Source: Candidatus Latescibacterota bacterium
GTDB taxonomy: Bacteria; Latescibacterota; UBA2968
NCBI GenBank assembly: GCA_965207885.1
Contig: OZ242311.1
Span: forward strand, 4,704,001-4,768,000
Direction of reading: 5' to 3'
DNA: 64,000 nt
The notes beneath the pieces were generated by a model, which saw nothing but the letters and a program-made list of their open reading frames with translations, ran no database searches and was not told the origin of the DNA. Below are positions 10,190-21,082 of this stretch, piece by piece; within the stretch, counting starts at the first letter, position 1, and each line of letters starts with the position of its first letter. The position numbers and the translations under genes were made by a program.

Positions 10190-11541
10190 GGTTTATTCTC
10201 CTCACCCAAAATGCCCGCACTGAGTTCTAAATGCACGAGGGCGACCGCAAGGTCTCGTTTTGCGCGCGCGAGTTCGGCTTCGGCGCGTTGTAAAGTGAGT
10301 TGTCCATCTATGACTTCGATTTGGGTGCCAACGCCATTTTCATAACGCGATTCCGCGATTTCCAGGCCCCGACGAGCGAGATCCGCAGCCTGTATTTGCG
10401 CGCTTTTTCTGGCGCGAATTTCGAGAAAAGTGCGCCACGCCTGCAGGATGTTGAAACGTATGTCGCGCTCGGTTTGTTTTTGCATCAGTTCGGCTTGCCG
10501 CGTGTCTGTGCGGGCCTGTGCAACCTGTGCATTTGTGCGAAAGCCATCGAAAATGGGAATGTTGATGGCGATGCCCGAAAACCAGCTCTGATGAAAATCG
10601 TCTTTTACAAAATCAAATTCGTTTTTTTGAGCCTGCCACTGTCCATTGACAATTAAATCTATGGTTGGGCGGGATTCTGATTGGGCAATGGTCTCTGCAT
10701 GCTGGAGCATTTCGACCTCGAGGGAGTACTGACGTACAATGGGATGCATTTGCATTGAGAGGTCAATCAGGTCTGTCTCGGTGATAGTCGATAAAAGGTG
10801 GGATTTTTCGCGGAAAGTCCCACGAGGTATAATGGGTTCGTTGGGGGCAATGCCGATCTGGTTTTTGAACGCGAGGTCTGCCAATACACGCGCATTTTCC
10901 GTGCGTATGGAGTCTGTTAGCAATTCGGCGACCTGTACCTGTGCGCGCAGCAAGTCATAGTCTGATACGCGCCCTGCCTCGCGCAGTTTTTCGACGCGCT
11001 TGAAATTTGCACGCGCACGCGCCACAGAAGATTTGCTGACGCGCGCGAGTTCTCCAGCCAATAGCAGGTCGTAAAAAGCCGTTTCGACCCGGGTGTGTAA
11101 TTGCTGCTTTGCAGCGCGCATCTTTTCCATTGAAAATTGTCGAAACAGACGCGCGGCGCGCATGGCAGAAAAAGATTTGCCCCCGCCCCAAACTGATTGT
11201 CGGATGCCAACTGTGCCGATGAGGTTGTTGTGCGCGCCTACGGTGAATTGTTGCTGGCCTGCCGGCGTTTCAAAGAAAAAGGTGGGCAGCAACCAGTTGC
11301 GCGTGTACTGTATGGTGATATCGAGTTGGGGGAGAACATCGGCTACTGCATGGCGAACCCGTTGACGTGATTTTTCCAGATCTTCGCGCGCTATTAGCAG
11401 GTCTTCATTGTGCGATAGCGCGTGCTGCAAACTCTCTTCGAGTGTAATAGACCGGGAATAGGCTCTGGGGAGCGCGAAAAAAAAGCACAGAGGGCCGATG
11501 ATACACAGCCATCGGCAAAGAGATATATAGTCCATCGACAT
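10186..11541 (-). CDS. TolC-family outer membrane channel
   Basis: LEESLQHAL..N, two OEP repeats, IPIFDG, RYENGVGT..EV. Confidence 0.92.
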   Translation of the reverse strand: MSMDYISLCRWLCIIGPLCFFFALPRAYSRSITLEESLQHALSHNEDLLIAREDLEKSRQRVRHAVADVLPQLDITIQYTRNWLLPTFFFETPAGQQQFTVGAHNNLIGTVGIRQSVWGGGKSFSAMRAARLFRQFSMEKMRAAKQQLHTRVETAFYDLLLAGELARVSKSSVARARANFKRVEKLREAGRVSDYDLLRAQVQVAELLTDSIRTENARVLADLAFKNQIGIAPNEPIIPRGTFREKSHLLSTITETDLIDLSMQMHPIVRQYSLEVEMLQHAETIAQSESRPTIDLIVNGQWQAQKNEFDFVKDDFHQSWFSGIAINIPIFDGFRTNAQVAQARTDTRQAELMQKQTERDIRFNILQAWRTFLEIRARKSAQIQAADLARRGLEIAESRYENGVGTQIEVIDGQLTLQRAEAELARAKRDLAVALVHLELSAGILGEENKP

Positions 11542-11619
11542 TTGGAGGGCGTTAAATTTAGGTCGAGATGTTATTTATCTGAAAATCTACAGGGTTTTGC
11601 CATGTGATGTCAAGGCGTT

Positions 11620-12492
11620 TCACAAACTGATACGGCAGACGCTGTCCAATAGTGCCAATGACTGAACAGTTTCTGCGACATCGTGAACCCTTACAATGTG
11701 AACGCCTGCGACTGCGCCCAATGCAATTGCAGAAATGCTGCCCGGCAGGCGCTCCTGGGGGTGGCTTTGAGGTGCGGTAAATTGCTTGCGAGATGCCCCC
11801 ATGAGAAGGGGGTATCCCAACGTGTGAAATTCGGATAGTCGCGCGAGTATCTCGATATTATGCGCGTATTTTTTGCCGAAACCGAGCCCGGGATCAATCA
11901 CAATCTGAGATTGGGAAATGCCCATCGCTTCTGCGCTGTTGATTTGTGCGCTTAAAAAATCGAGAATATCGGACACAACATCGTCGTACACGGGGTTCTG
12001 CTGCATGGTTGAGGGCGTTCCTTGCATGTGCATAAGGACAACAGCAACTCCCGTTTCTGCGATCAGGGGCACCATGCCAGGGTCAAAACGCAGGGCACTG
12101 ATGTCGTTGACAATGGTTGCGCCGTTGTCTATGGCCTGTCGAGCGACCTCGGCTTTGGTCGTGTCTATGGAGATGGGCACGTTGAGTTGTGGGGCAATGG
12201 CCTCAATAATGGGAATGGTGCGATTCAGTTCTTCTTTTAGCGAGACGACGGGTGCCCCTTTGCCATAAGGCCCGGCTGGGCGGGATGATTCACCCCCTAT
12301 ATCGATCATGTCGGCGCCGGCTTCAACCAGTGCCAATGCCCGCTCAACTGCTTTGCGCGGTTCAAAATAAAGGCCGCCGTCTGAGAAAGAGTCTGGCGTG
12401 ACATTGAGAACGCCCATCACGAGTGTTCGATGACCCAATTGAAGGGGCGTGCCGCAGCATGAAAGCTGGTAAACAGGGCGCGGGTGTTTCAT
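11620..12492 (-). CDS. folP: dihydropteroate synthase
   Basis: MGVLNVTPDSFSDGG, IDIGGESSRP, DPGLGFGK, GASRK, RVHDV; start moved to ATG 12492. Confidence 0.96.
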   Translation of the reverse strand: MKHPRPVYQLSCCGTPLQLGHRTLVMGVLNVTPDSFSDGGLYFEPRKAVERALALVEAGADMIDIGGESSRPAGPYGKGAPVVSLKEELNRTIPIIEAIAPQLNVPISIDTTKAEVARQAIDNGATIVNDISALRFDPGMVPLIAETGVAVVLMHMQGTPSTMQQNPVYDDVVSDILDFLSAQINSAEAMGISQSQIVIDPGLGFGKKYAHNIEILARLSEFHTLGYPLLMGASRKQFTAPQSHPQERLPGSISAIALGAVAGVHIVRVHDVAETVQSLALLDSVCRISL

Positions 12493-12505
12493 GGGTGAGG
12501 TGTAC

Positions 12506-12541
12506 AAAAAAAAAGAGATGGCAACCGCCATCTCTTTTTTT
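12506..12541. terminator. intrinsic terminator hairpin after ftsH
   Basis: A9-GAGATGGC-AACC-GCCATCTC-T7. Confidence 0.75.
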
Positions 12542-14666
12542 AGTCATCCGATGGCTGTTTTTCTGGTTCAGAGGTGTGTTGTTCCGATGTTTGGTCTTCC
12601 CGATCTTCTTTCGATTCTTCTGGCTGTTTTGCGGGCTCGACTGGTTTTTCGAGTGTTTTGCCTTCTAATAACTGGTTGAGCTGTACATCGTCAAGAGTTT
12701 CAAATTCCAGCAGTGCTTTGGCGAGGATGTGGACTTTGTCGATGTTATCACTGAGCAATTGTTCGGCGCGGGATTCGGCTTTGATTACGAAGTTTTTGAT
12801 TTCCTCGTCGATCATTTCGGCCACTCTGTCGCTGTGGTCTCGACGTTGCGCCATTTCGCGGCCAAGGAATATTTCATCGTTTTGTTGCCCGTAAGCAATG
12901 GGTCCGAGTTTTGGACTCATGCCCCAATCGCAAACCATCTGCCGGGCGAGATTGGTGGCCATGCGGTAGTCTTGCTGCCCGCCTGTTGTGATTTCGCCAA
13001 AAACGAGTTTTTCGGCAATTCTTCCCCCCAATGCGTAAGCGAGAACCGCTTCACAATAACTCTGGGGATAGGTGTGACGCTCGTCGATGGGCAGGGTGTG
13101 TGTGACACCGAGAGCACGCCCACGAGGAATGATGGTCACTTTGTGGAGGGGATCGCTTTCCGGAATGAGTTTGGCAACCAGCGCGTGACCGATTTCGTGA
13201 TAGGACGTGAGGCGCTTTTCTTTGTCGGAGATGACAAGGCTGCGTCGCTCTGCACCCATCATGACTTTGTCTTTGGCATCTTCAAAGTCGTTCATAGTTA
13301 CGCGATCTCGATTATTTCTGGAAGCCAGAAGTGCGGCTTCGTTGACCAGATTGGCGAGGTCTGCGCCTGCCAGTCCGGGCGTTCCGCGCGCCAGCACCTG
13401 TAAGTTGACATCGTCGGAGAGGGGTGTGTTGCGGGTGTGGACTTTCAAAATGCCTTCGCGCCCCCTGACATCGGGACGATCTACCACGACCTGGCGGTCG
13501 AAGCGCCCGGGGCGCAACAGGGCGGGATCGAGCACGTCGGGACGGTTGGTAGCTGCGATGAGGATGAGGCCCTCTTTGGATTCAAAACCATCCATTTCAA
13601 CGAGGAGTTGATTGAGGGTTTGCTCGCGTTCGTCGTGACCGCCTCCAATACCTGCGCCTCGGTGCCGCCCCACAGCATCTATTTCGTCGATAAAGATGAT
13701 GCACGGGGCGTGATTTTTCCCCTGTTCAAAGAGATCGCGCACGCGCGAGGCACCCACGCCGACGAACATTTCGACAAAATCTGAGCCGCTCATTAAAAAG
13801 AATGGAACATCCGCTTCGCCTGCGACAGCGCGTGCCATGTGCGTTTTGCCCGTGCCGGGGGGACCAACCAGGAGTACGCCTTTGGGGATGCGTCCACCCA
13901 GACGTTGAAATTTGCGCGGATCCTTAAGGAATTCGATGATTTCCTGCAGTTCTTGCTTGGCTTCTTCGGCACCTGCAACGTCTTTGAATGTGATTTTGGC
14001 TTTGTCTTCAGAGATGAGCTTTGCCTTGCTTTTTCCAAAGCTGAACGCGCCTTTGGGACCGCCTTGCATCTGGCGCAAAATGAAAAGCCAAAGCCCTATG
14101 AACAGTATCCAGGGCAAAAAATTAAAAAATATGTTGAGCCAGTTGGAGGGCTTTTGAAAGCGAAAGTCAACGCCGTATTTGAGCCATTCTTCGCGGGTCT
14201 GGGCATCTACGACGCCAAGGTCAACGACAAAATCGCGAAAGGTGTGTTGTTGTCTTCGCCCCGGTGGGGTAAGTTCTTCTGCGACGAGGTGGCCGTGAAA
14301 TTCGTTATCAATAATGATCGCGCTCTGGATTTTTCCCTCTTCGAGGAGCATTTTGTACTCTTTGTAGCTGAGCACGACATCGCTGGAAGGGTCGCTGCCA
14401 AAAAATTTGGAAGCAAAGATGGCAACCAGGACAAAAAATATCCAGAAAGCCAGTGGTTTTGAGATGTGCCGCCAGGGCCGCTTGCCATTCTCCGAAGCCC
14501 CATTGCGATCAGCGTTATCCCGATTGAGCACTGACAAGTTGGGGCGCCGCTCTTTTTTTTCTTCAGGCGCCTCATCTTCAGGCTGTGTGGGAGCACGATC
14601 AGGCGTCTCGTCGGATGACTGTGTTTCTTCATCCGGTTTCGAGTCCCTGTCTTTGGGGTCGGTCAT
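12540..14666 (-). CDS. ftsH: ATP-dependent zinc metalloprotease FtsH
   Basis: Two TMs, [28 protein letters not shown]. Start taken at ATG 14666, overlapping the tilS stop (ATGA). Confidence 0.97.
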   Translation of the reverse strand: MTDPKDRDSKPDEETQSSDETPDRAPTQPEDEAPEEKKERRPNLSVLNRDNADRNGASENGKRPWRHISKPLAFWIFFVLVAIFASKFFGSDPSSDVVLSYKEYKMLLEEGKIQSAIIIDNEFHGHLVAEELTPPGRRQQHTFRDFVVDLGVVDAQTREEWLKYGVDFRFQKPSNWLNIFFNFLPWILFIGLWLFILRQMQGGPKGAFSFGKSKAKLISEDKAKITFKDVAGAEEAKQELQEIIEFLKDPRKFQRLGGRIPKGVLLVGPPGTGKTHMARAVAGEADVPFFLMSGSDFVEMFVGVGASRVRDLFEQGKNHAPCIIFIDEIDAVGRHRGAGIGGGHDEREQTLNQLLVEMDGFESKEGLILIAATNRPDVLDPALLRPGRFDRQVVVDRPDVRGREGILKVHTRNTPLSDDVNLQVLARGTPGLAGADLANLVNEAALLASRNNRDRVTMNDFEDAKDKVMMGAERRSLVISDKEKRLTSYHEIGHALVAKLIPESDPLHKVTIIPRGRALGVTHTLPIDERHTYPQSYCEAVLAYALGGRIAEKLVFGEITTGGQQDYRMATNLARQMVCDWGMSPKLGPIAYGQQNDEIFLGREMAQRRDHSDRVAEMIDEEIKNFVIKAESRAEQLLSDNIDKVHILAKALLEFETLDDVQLNQLLEGKTLEKPVEPAKQPEESKEDREDQTSEQHTSEPEKQPSDD

Positions 14667-16090
14667 AAATGCCTCTTTTCGCATTGTGTGATCATGCTAC
14701 TATAGGTTGCTTTGAGCACGCGCCGGGTATCTGGTGTAATAGGTGCGATCTGTGAACGCCGAAGTCCAACGACCCACAGAATGGTCGCACCACTCACCAG
14801 CAGTGGTATTTCACCGCGCAATGGGCGGGGTATTTTGCTGTCGCCGAATAATCTGCTGACTTTTTTTTTCCCCTGCATGCCAAAAGGGTGAAACCAGTCG
14901 CCCGGCCTGGGTGAACGGAGATACAACGCCCGGTTGGGAAGTTGATCCAGGTCAAAAAAGACGGTGTGTTTCGCTGTCTTTGAACTGCTGTAGCAGTTGT
15001 ACACCTGCTCCTGGTTGACCCGGTTTAATATTTTTATTGAGAATTTGCCGTTGATATCGAGCGGCACATCGGGTTCCACCAAAAAGCAGTAAGCTCGGGC
15101 GAGTTGGGTTATAATGAGTGTGTCATGCGTGCGATAAGCTGAGATTTCTGGTGTTATTTGAACGCTGTTTCCAGGAGTGGAAGAAATGTCGAGAATGCGT
15201 TCAACAACCTGGAAACGCGCGGCTTCGGCACTGGCCTGGAGAGCAAAGAGCACCTTTCGAATCAGGCGACGCCGAAGTGATATATGATAACCGAAAAATC
15301 GCTTAACATCAAGGATAAATTTTCGACTATCGCTGTATAGGAGGGTTTCTGAAAGTGCCTGTTCCGCAATGTTTTCGAGGTGTGCATCGTCATTCTGTAG
15401 CAGGGTTGCCGAGCGTGAAAGGATGTCTTCAATTTGGGGATTATATGCCTTTTGCAGGTGGGGTATCAGGTCTGTGCGAATGCGATTGCGCAAAAATTTT
15501 GGATCGCTATTTGTTTCATCGCGCAGCACCTGCAAATTGCGAGTGCGTACATAAGATTCAATTTCCGGTCTGGAAATTGAGAGCAAAGGACGAATCCAAC
15601 ACGCTTCTGAAATTGGACGGATACCCCCCAATCCGGTGAGTCCTGAACCGCGAACAAGTCGGAACAGAACGGTTTCTGCCTGATCGCTTTTTGTATGGCC
15701 AAGCGCGATCCGATTTGCGCCGGTTTTTTGTTTTACGGCGTCGAGAAATGCCCGTCGTGCATCGCGCGCTGCTTCTTCGAGAGATTGCTTTTTATTTTTT
15801 GCCCGCTGCACAACATCTTCCTTTCCGATATAGACGGGATAGTTGCGGGCGATCTGTTTGACAAACGCGGCATCGCTTTCGGCATTGGGGCGAAGTTGAT
15901 GATTGAGATGCGCGATATAAAGTGTGAGGTCCCATTTTGCTTTGAGGCGGTGGAGCAGATCGAATAAGGTGACGGAGTCGGGACCACCAGACAGGGCTAC
16001 GACCACTCCATCACTTGGTGTGAGGAGGCGTTCTTGTTGGATATAGGCTTCAACGCGATGTAGAATATCCGGGGACATGCCGAGTTCCAT
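14663..16090 (-). CDS. tilS: tRNA(Ile)-lysidine synthetase
   Basis: [35 protein letters not shown], TilS C-terminal domain. Confidence 0.95.
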   Translation of the reverse strand: MELGMSPDILHRVEAYIQQERLLTPSDGVVVALSGGPDSVTLFDLLHRLKAKWDLTLYIAHLNHQLRPNAESDAAFVKQIARNYPVYIGKEDVVQRAKNKKQSLEEAARDARRAFLDAVKQKTGANRIALGHTKSDQAETVLFRLVRGSGLTGLGGIRPISEACWIRPLLSISRPEIESYVRTRNLQVLRDETNSDPKFLRNRIRTDLIPHLQKAYNPQIEDILSRSATLLQNDDAHLENIAEQALSETLLYSDSRKFILDVKRFFGYHISLRRRLIRKVLFALQASAEAARFQVVERILDISSTPGNSVQITPEISAYRTHDTLIITQLARAYCFLVEPDVPLDINGKFSIKILNRVNQEQVYNCYSSSKTAKHTVFFDLDQLPNRALYLRSPRPGDWFHPFGMQGKKKVSRLFGDSKIPRPLRGEIPLLVSGATILWVVGLRRSQIAPITPDTRRVLKATYSSMITQCEKRHL

Positions 16091-16153
16091 TTTGCAAGTG
16101 TTTAGACGCGCAAATAGCGTCTGAAGTTTCTCGTATCACTTATGGGAAATATA

Positions 16154-16180
16154 AAAAAAACGGCTGTGAATTTACAGCCG
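16154..16180 (-). terminator. intrinsic terminator
   Basis: Minus strand CGGCTGTAA-AT-TCACAGCCG followed by T7. Confidence 0.65.
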
Positions 16181-16196
16181 ATTTATACGCTTGTGA

Positions 16197-17732
16197 CTAA
16201 AAGTAGGTATTGAGGCGCATTTCCACGCCTTTGAAGGGGAGTACCAGATAGCAGGTCCCCGATGTGCAGGCGGTACCTCCCCGTCGTTCGCCCACAAAGA
16301 GGACGGCGTCGTAATGCGTGCCAAACCGCGCATTGAGGTTGAGAGACACGAAGGTGCGACTGCCCGTTTCGATATCGAAAGTTTCTGGGCGGTCAACTTC
16401 AAAAGGGTCGGTTGTGTGATCGACGACAAGGGCTGCGCCAAAACCGCGCGCGTGTTGTGCGGAGAGCGCGCCATAAGTATTGGAGAAATACGGGTCGTTT
16501 TCAAAATGGACGGCGCGTTGATACTGGAGGTCGAGGCCGAGGGTTTGGCCGTGGGCAGTTGTGGTTTCAAAAATCGCGCCGCCCGTGCGGTGGCTGTCGA
16601 TGCTTTCGAGGTCGTCTTTGCCCCAGTTAAAAAAGAAGGTGGCGGTCAGGTTGTCAAATTTGTACAGATCAAAAGAGAGATGTCTTTCTTCAAAAAAGGT
16701 CTGTATAGTCTCGGACAAGTCATTACGCGCGTGGCTGATATTGACCGTGAAATTGCCCAACCCCAGTTGCGTATAAGTACCTTCTATCTGGTAGCCTTTT
16801 TCGGTGGCGAGCTGCAGTACATGTGTGTTTTTGTTGAGCAAAAAGGCAGTGTGTTCGCGGATGAGAGATGGAGGGTCATTGAAGTGGAGGTGCATGTTGT
16901 AGTAATCTTTGTATTCGACACTCAATCCCAGATTGTTCCAGCCCATATTGCCCGATAAGTAGAGGGCGGTTCCTTTTTCGTCGTCTTCGCGTCGCGCGTA
17001 TTCGCCTTCGCGTTGCGCGTATTCGCCGTAGAAGCTGCCGTAGAGACCGGCTTTTTGCAGGATATTAGAAAGGTCGAGATCGGCAAAACCAGACCAGGCC
17101 CAATTTTTGTCGATGAGGGAATCTCTGGGGGTGATGTAGATGCCCGTGCTGCCAATTTTGAGGTTGGGATTGAGTCTGACGGCGAGTTCGCCTCCTGTGG
17201 CCCAATCTCCGCGACGGGAAATACTGCGTGGCGGGGTGCCGGATTTGGCGCCTGGGGGAATATCGCTGAGTGCTGATCGACCGATGAGCGCTCTGGCTTC
17301 TACGCGATTGCCAGTCCACGAGGCTGTCGCGCCTTCGAGGTCCTGAGCCGGGGCATAGCGCAGGCGATAAATGGGGCTTTCGAGCACGACGCCGGGCAGT
17401 TCAAATGCGCGAAGTGTGAGGCCCCGTCCGAGAATTGCGTAGTAATTGCCGATTTCCACATTTGCAGCACCATGGTTCCACCGTGCGTATTTTTGCGTGA
17501 TTTGATACGTTTCGCGGTCCGCCCCCCAGGTGTTATAAACTTCTGCTCTTAAACCGACCTGCAATCCCTTTTGCGTAATGTCGAGATTCAACTGGTTGTA
17601 GGCGGTAGAGATGGCTGTGGAGTCAGATCCCGGTACTTCACCGCGTTGCATTTCCGTCAATCCCGTGATGGTAATTTGTGCAGAAATGGGGGCTGAGAAG
17701 AGCAGGACGAGGAGCAGGCTACTTGCTTTCAT
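16197..17732 (-). CDS. predicted outer-membrane beta-barrel protein, DUF6029-like
   Basis: Signal peptide; GNYY..LGRGLTLR, EYKDY, C-terminal RRGG..CTSGTC..PFKG; terminal Phe. Family label is from memory. Confidence 0.7.
   Translation of the reverse strand: MKASSLLLVLLFSAPISAQITITGLTEMQRGEVPGSDSTAISTAYNQLNLDITQKGLQVGLRAEVYNTWGADRETYQITQKYARWNHGAANVEIGNYYAILGRGLTLRAFELPGVVLESPIYRLRYAPAQDLEGATASWTGNRVEARALIGRSALSDIPPGAKSGTPPRSISRRGDWATGGELAVRLNPNLKIGSTGIYITPRDSLIDKNWAWSGFADLDLSNILQKAGLYGSFYGEYAQREGEYARREDDEKGTALYLSGNMGWNNLGLSVEYKDYYNMHLHFNDPPSLIREHTAFLLNKNTHVLQLATEKGYQIEGTYTQLGLGNFTVNISHARNDLSETIQTFFEERHLSFDLYKFDNLTATFFFNWGKDDLESIDSHRTGGAIFETTTAHGQTLGLDLQYQRAVHFENDPYFSNTYGALSAQHARGFGAALVVDHTTDPFEVDRPETFDIETGSRTFVSLNLNARFGTHYDAVLFVGERRGGTACTSGTCYLVLPFKGVEMRLNTYF
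16986..17027. repeat. 21-nt tandem duplication inside CDS
   Basis: TTCGCGTCGCGCGTATTCGCC followed by TTCGCGTTGCGCGTATTCGCC (encodes GEYAQRE/GEYARRE). Confidence 0.85.
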
Positions 17733-18255
17733 CTGGGGTTTCCTCTTTTTCTGGGGTTTCCTTTTTCTCTAATACTTTCTTTTCGGGTAATAGGATTTCT
17801 AAAGCGTCGATGATGGCCTTCCCATCGGATAGACCGGCCTCTCGCAATACAATTTCCCGGTCTGGAGCAATGAGAATTGTGGTGGGCAGGGCGCGAACTT
17901 GCATGCGTTTCATAACCGATCCATCGGCGTCAATGGCGATTGGGAATGTGATGTTGCGTCCTCGCAAAAATGGGCGAATGCGGTTTTGACCACGTGGCCC
18001 ATCTTCGTTTACGCCGAGAACGGTGAGTCCCCTGTCGGCGTATTTGGCGTGGATTTCTTCGAGCTTGGGCATTGCTTTGATACAGGGTTTGCACCACGTG
18101 GCCCAGAAGTCGAGTAAAACAGGACCCTTTTTGAGGAGCGCGGTTAATTGTACCCGTTCGCCACTGAGACCCGGCAGGTTGAAATCAGGGGCTTCTGTTG
18201 CGCGGGCAGATGATGCAATGAGAAGGCAGAGCCATAGTGCGAGAAGTTTTTTCAT
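17719..18255 (-). CDS. TlpA/ResA-family thiol-disulfide oxidoreductase
   Basis: Signal peptide, APDF.L, LDFWATWCKPC, LPTTILI; start at ATG 18255. Confidence 0.92.
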   Translation of the reverse strand: MKKLLALWLCLLIASSARATEAPDFNLPGLSGERVQLTALLKKGPVLLDFWATWCKPCIKAMPKLEEIHAKYADRGLTVLGVNEDGPRGQNRIRPFLRGRNITFPIAIDADGSVMKRMQVRALPTTILIAPDREIVLREAGLSDGKAIIDALEILLPEKKVLEKKETPEKEETPDESK

Positions 18256-18591
18256 GGGATGACCTCTTATGAAGTGAGGAACGGTGTACAACTGGTCGCA
18301 GTTCAGACCAGTTCACTGTGAAGTAGCCGAGCGTTGTATGTTATACGTAAAGACGGTGCCTATGTTCCCGCCTGTTGGTATAAGAGCAGCCAACCAATAT
18401 AAAATATGCCGAATTTTGCGTTTGAAGTGAAGAATTATTTTGAGATGTTGCTACAAACAAATAACACCTGTTCTTAAACAAATCCGTTTGCGGAAATAGG
18501 GACGGTGAAAAAACAATGGTGTAAAGGCTGACAGTAGAGTTATTTTATTTCACATATCAGATCAGAGAATACTGCAAAACCTCAAGAGAGA

Positions 18592-19830
18592 ATGAATATG
18601 CGTTCGCTTCATGTGCAAATCTTCATCGCGTTGATCTTCGGCGCAATAAGTGGCGTGCTATTAGGTGAATCCGTTCTCCACTTTGCCTTTTTAGGGACCC
18701 TTTTCCTCAAGGGTCTTAAAGTGATCATTGTCCCCTTGATCGTCACCTCCATTGTTTCCGGGGTGGTCGGCATGGGCCAGGTCGGTCATTTTGGACGCCT
18801 GAGTGCTCAGACCTTTACCTATTACCTGAGCTCCAGCTTGTTGTCCATTATCACCGGTCTGGTATTGGTCAATGCCATAAGTCCAGGCAAGGGGGCGCAG
18901 TTGCATTTGCAAGCACCTCCTGAACAATTGGCCCATTCCATAGCTCAATTCGGCGACGGTCCCAAAGCCGCCCTTGAGCGGATGTTGTTGGATATGGTGC
19001 CGGATAATGTATTCAAGGCCATGGCTGAAGGTCAGATTTTGCCCTTGATCGTCTTTTGCTTTCTTCTCGGATTTGCCATCATCCGCTTGCCCGATCCGCA
19101 CCAGAAGCGTCTGTGTGGGTTTTTCCAATCGGCCTTTGAGGCTATGATGCAATTGACCCATTTTATTATTCGTCTGGCACCCATCGGCATTTTTGCCCTG
19201 GTCGCCAAAGTTGTTGGTACTACCGGTCTGTCGGTTTTCATCGATTTGGGGTTGTACGCCCTCACTGTCTTTGCTGGTCTGGTCGTCCACGCGGCGATTA
19301 TCTTGCCGCTCGTGCTCTATTTTGTGGGTGGCATATCGCCTCTGGCTCTCCTGCGCGCCATGAGTCCGGCTCTTCTCACTGCTTTTTCTACCAGTTCTTC
19401 TTCGGCGACCTTGCCCATTACCATTGAATCGCTGGCACAACGCGCTGGCGTTTCCAACCGCACCACCAGTTTTGTCGCGCCGCTGGGTGCCACCATCAAT
19501 ATGGATGGTACAGCCCTGTTCGAATGCGTCGCCGCCTTATTTATTGCTCAAGCCTATGGGGTTGAGTTAGGATTTATCCAGCAATTCCTGGTCGTCCTTA
19601 CCGCTTTGTTGGCCTCCATCGGCGCGGCTGGTATTCCTATGACGGGCCTGGTGATGCTTTCTATTGTTCTATCCTCTGTGGGGCTGCCCCTGGAGGGGAT
19701 CGGTCTGATTCTGGCTGTGGATCGCATCCTGGATATGTGTCGCACCACTGTCAATGTTTGGAGTGATTCGTGTGGCACAGCCCTGATAGCCCGCCGCCAG
19801 GGCGAAAAAATAGACGTTACTAAACGCTGA
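18592..19830 (+). CDS. dicarboxylate/amino acid:cation symporter (DAACS/GltP family)
   Basis: AFSTSSSSATLP, GATINMDGTA, AVDRILDMCRTTVNVWSD. Confidence 0.95.
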   Translation: MNMRSLHVQIFIALIFGAISGVLLGESVLHFAFLGTLFLKGLKVIIVPLIVTSIVSGVVGMGQVGHFGRLSAQTFTYYLSSSLLSIITGLVLVNAISPGKGAQLHLQAPPEQLAHSIAQFGDGPKAALERMLLDMVPDNVFKAMAEGQILPLIVFCFLLGFAIIRLPDPHQKRLCGFFQSAFEAMMQLTHFIIRLAPIGIFALVAKVVGTTGLSVFIDLGLYALTVFAGLVVHAAIILPLVLYFVGGISPLALLRAMSPALLTAFSTSSSSATLPITIESLAQRAGVSNRTTSFVAPLGATINMDGTALFECVAALFIAQAYGVELGFIQQFLVVLTALLASIGAAGIPMTGLVMLSIVLSSVGLPLEGIGLILAVDRILDMCRTTVNVWSDSCGTALIARRQGEKIDVTKR

Positions 19831-19852
19831 CACTTACTTTTGGAGGTTTGTT

Positions 19853-20902
19853 ATGGTTTCGATAGGTATTATTGGGTTGGGATTTATGGGTATGACACAT
19901 TACCGAGGGATTCAGAATGTGCGCGGGGGCAAAGTGGCTGCAATATGCACGCGCAGTCCCAAAAAGCGAGCGGGAGATTGGCGAGGGTTGGGAGGCAATT
20001 TTGGAGAGCCGGGGGGGGTAGAAGATCTTTCGGGTATTCGCACGTATGAGAAGATTGATGATTTGCTATCGGACGCTTCAATTGATCTGGTCGATATTTG
20101 TTTGCCGACGTCGCAACACTGCGAGGTTGCGATTGCTGCGATGCGCGCGGGCAAGCATGTGCTGGTCGAAAAGCCTATTGCGCTGAGTCTGGAGGACGCC
20201 GACCGCATGGTGCGGGTTTCCGAAGAGACGGGAAGGTTGATGATGGTGGCACAGGTTTTGCCCTTTTTCCCGGAGTTTGCCTATCTCAAGCAGGTGGTCG
20301 ATGGTGGGGAATACGGCAATGTGCTCGGCGCGCATTTTAAGCGCGTTATTTCGCAGCCCAATTGGACGACTGCCTTCGGCAATATGGAAAAGAGCGGGGG
20401 ACCGGGCGTCGATTTGCATATTCACGATACGCATTATATCCTGGTGTTGCTCGGTCGGCCAGATCGGGTGGTGTCTTCGGGCAGGCTGGTGCGAGATCGG
20501 TATGTGGAATATATTTCGACGAGTTATCAATACGATAGCCAGCCGGATTTGTGCGTGACGTGTGCTTCGGGTGCTATTTCTCAGCAGGGGAGGGCGTTTA
20601 CACACGGGTTTGAGGTTTATATGGAGCGCGCTACGGTGCTTTTCGAGTTTTCGACTCTGGGGGGCAAGCCGGTTGTGACGATGCCCGTGACCTTGTTGAC
20701 GGATGACGGTGAGGTGCGAGAACCGGATTTGGGCGATGCCGATCCCGTGGTGGCATTTACCAACGAGATTCAAGCTGCAGTAGATGCTGCGGAAAGCGGG
20801 GAGGTTGCCAGAGAAATTTCTGGAGAGAGTGCTGCTGATGCACTGCGTCTGTGTTTTGTGGAGGTTGAGTCGGTAAGGCGTAGGCAGGCAGTGGCGGTGT
20901 GA
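19853..20902 (+). CDS. Gfo/Idh/MocA-family oxidoreductase
   Basis: IGIIGLGFMG, GKHVLVEKP, DLHIHD. Confidence 0.92.
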   Translation: MVSIGIIGLGFMGMTHYRGIQNVRGGKVAAICTRSPKKRAGDWRGLGGNFGEPGGVEDLSGIRTYEKIDDLLSDASIDLVDICLPTSQHCEVAIAAMRAGKHVLVEKPIALSLEDADRMVRVSEETGRLMMVAQVLPFFPEFAYLKQVVDGGEYGNVLGAHFKRVISQPNWTTAFGNMEKSGGPGVDLHIHDTHYILVLLGRPDRVVSSGRLVRDRYVEYISTSYQYDSQPDLCVTCASGAISQQGRAFTHGFEVYMERATVLFEFSTLGGKPVVTMPVTLLTDDGEVREPDLGDADPVVAFTNEIQAAVDAAESGEVAREISGESAADALRLCFVEVESVRRRQAVAV

Positions 20903-20985
20903 AGAGTTTGATGATAAGTAGGTATTCATTTTTTGGTATATTTGAGCGAAGAATAATGGCCCCAAAGCGGACTCGATACCATGCC

Positions 20986-21017
20986 GTCATTGCGGCATGA
21001 TTTAAGCCGCAATCCAG
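20986..21017 (+). repeat. REP-like palindromic element (GTCATT..AATCCAG type)
   Basis: GTC-ATTGCGGC-loop-GCCGCAAT-CCAG. Confidence 0.6.
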
Positions 21018-21082
21018 TTTGTTTTTTTGACCATTATTATAAGCTACCACTACATCCATAATTGAGAATCGGAGGCACGAAA

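Noticed and set aside
18290-18315. In-frame TGA plus hairpin (AACTGGTC/GACCAGTT) upstream of tlpA, suggesting selenocysteine read-through
   Set aside because: No ATG/RBS in the upstream frame before a TAG, the hairpin overlaps the TGA rather than sitting at SECIS spacing, and TlpA has its own signal peptide.
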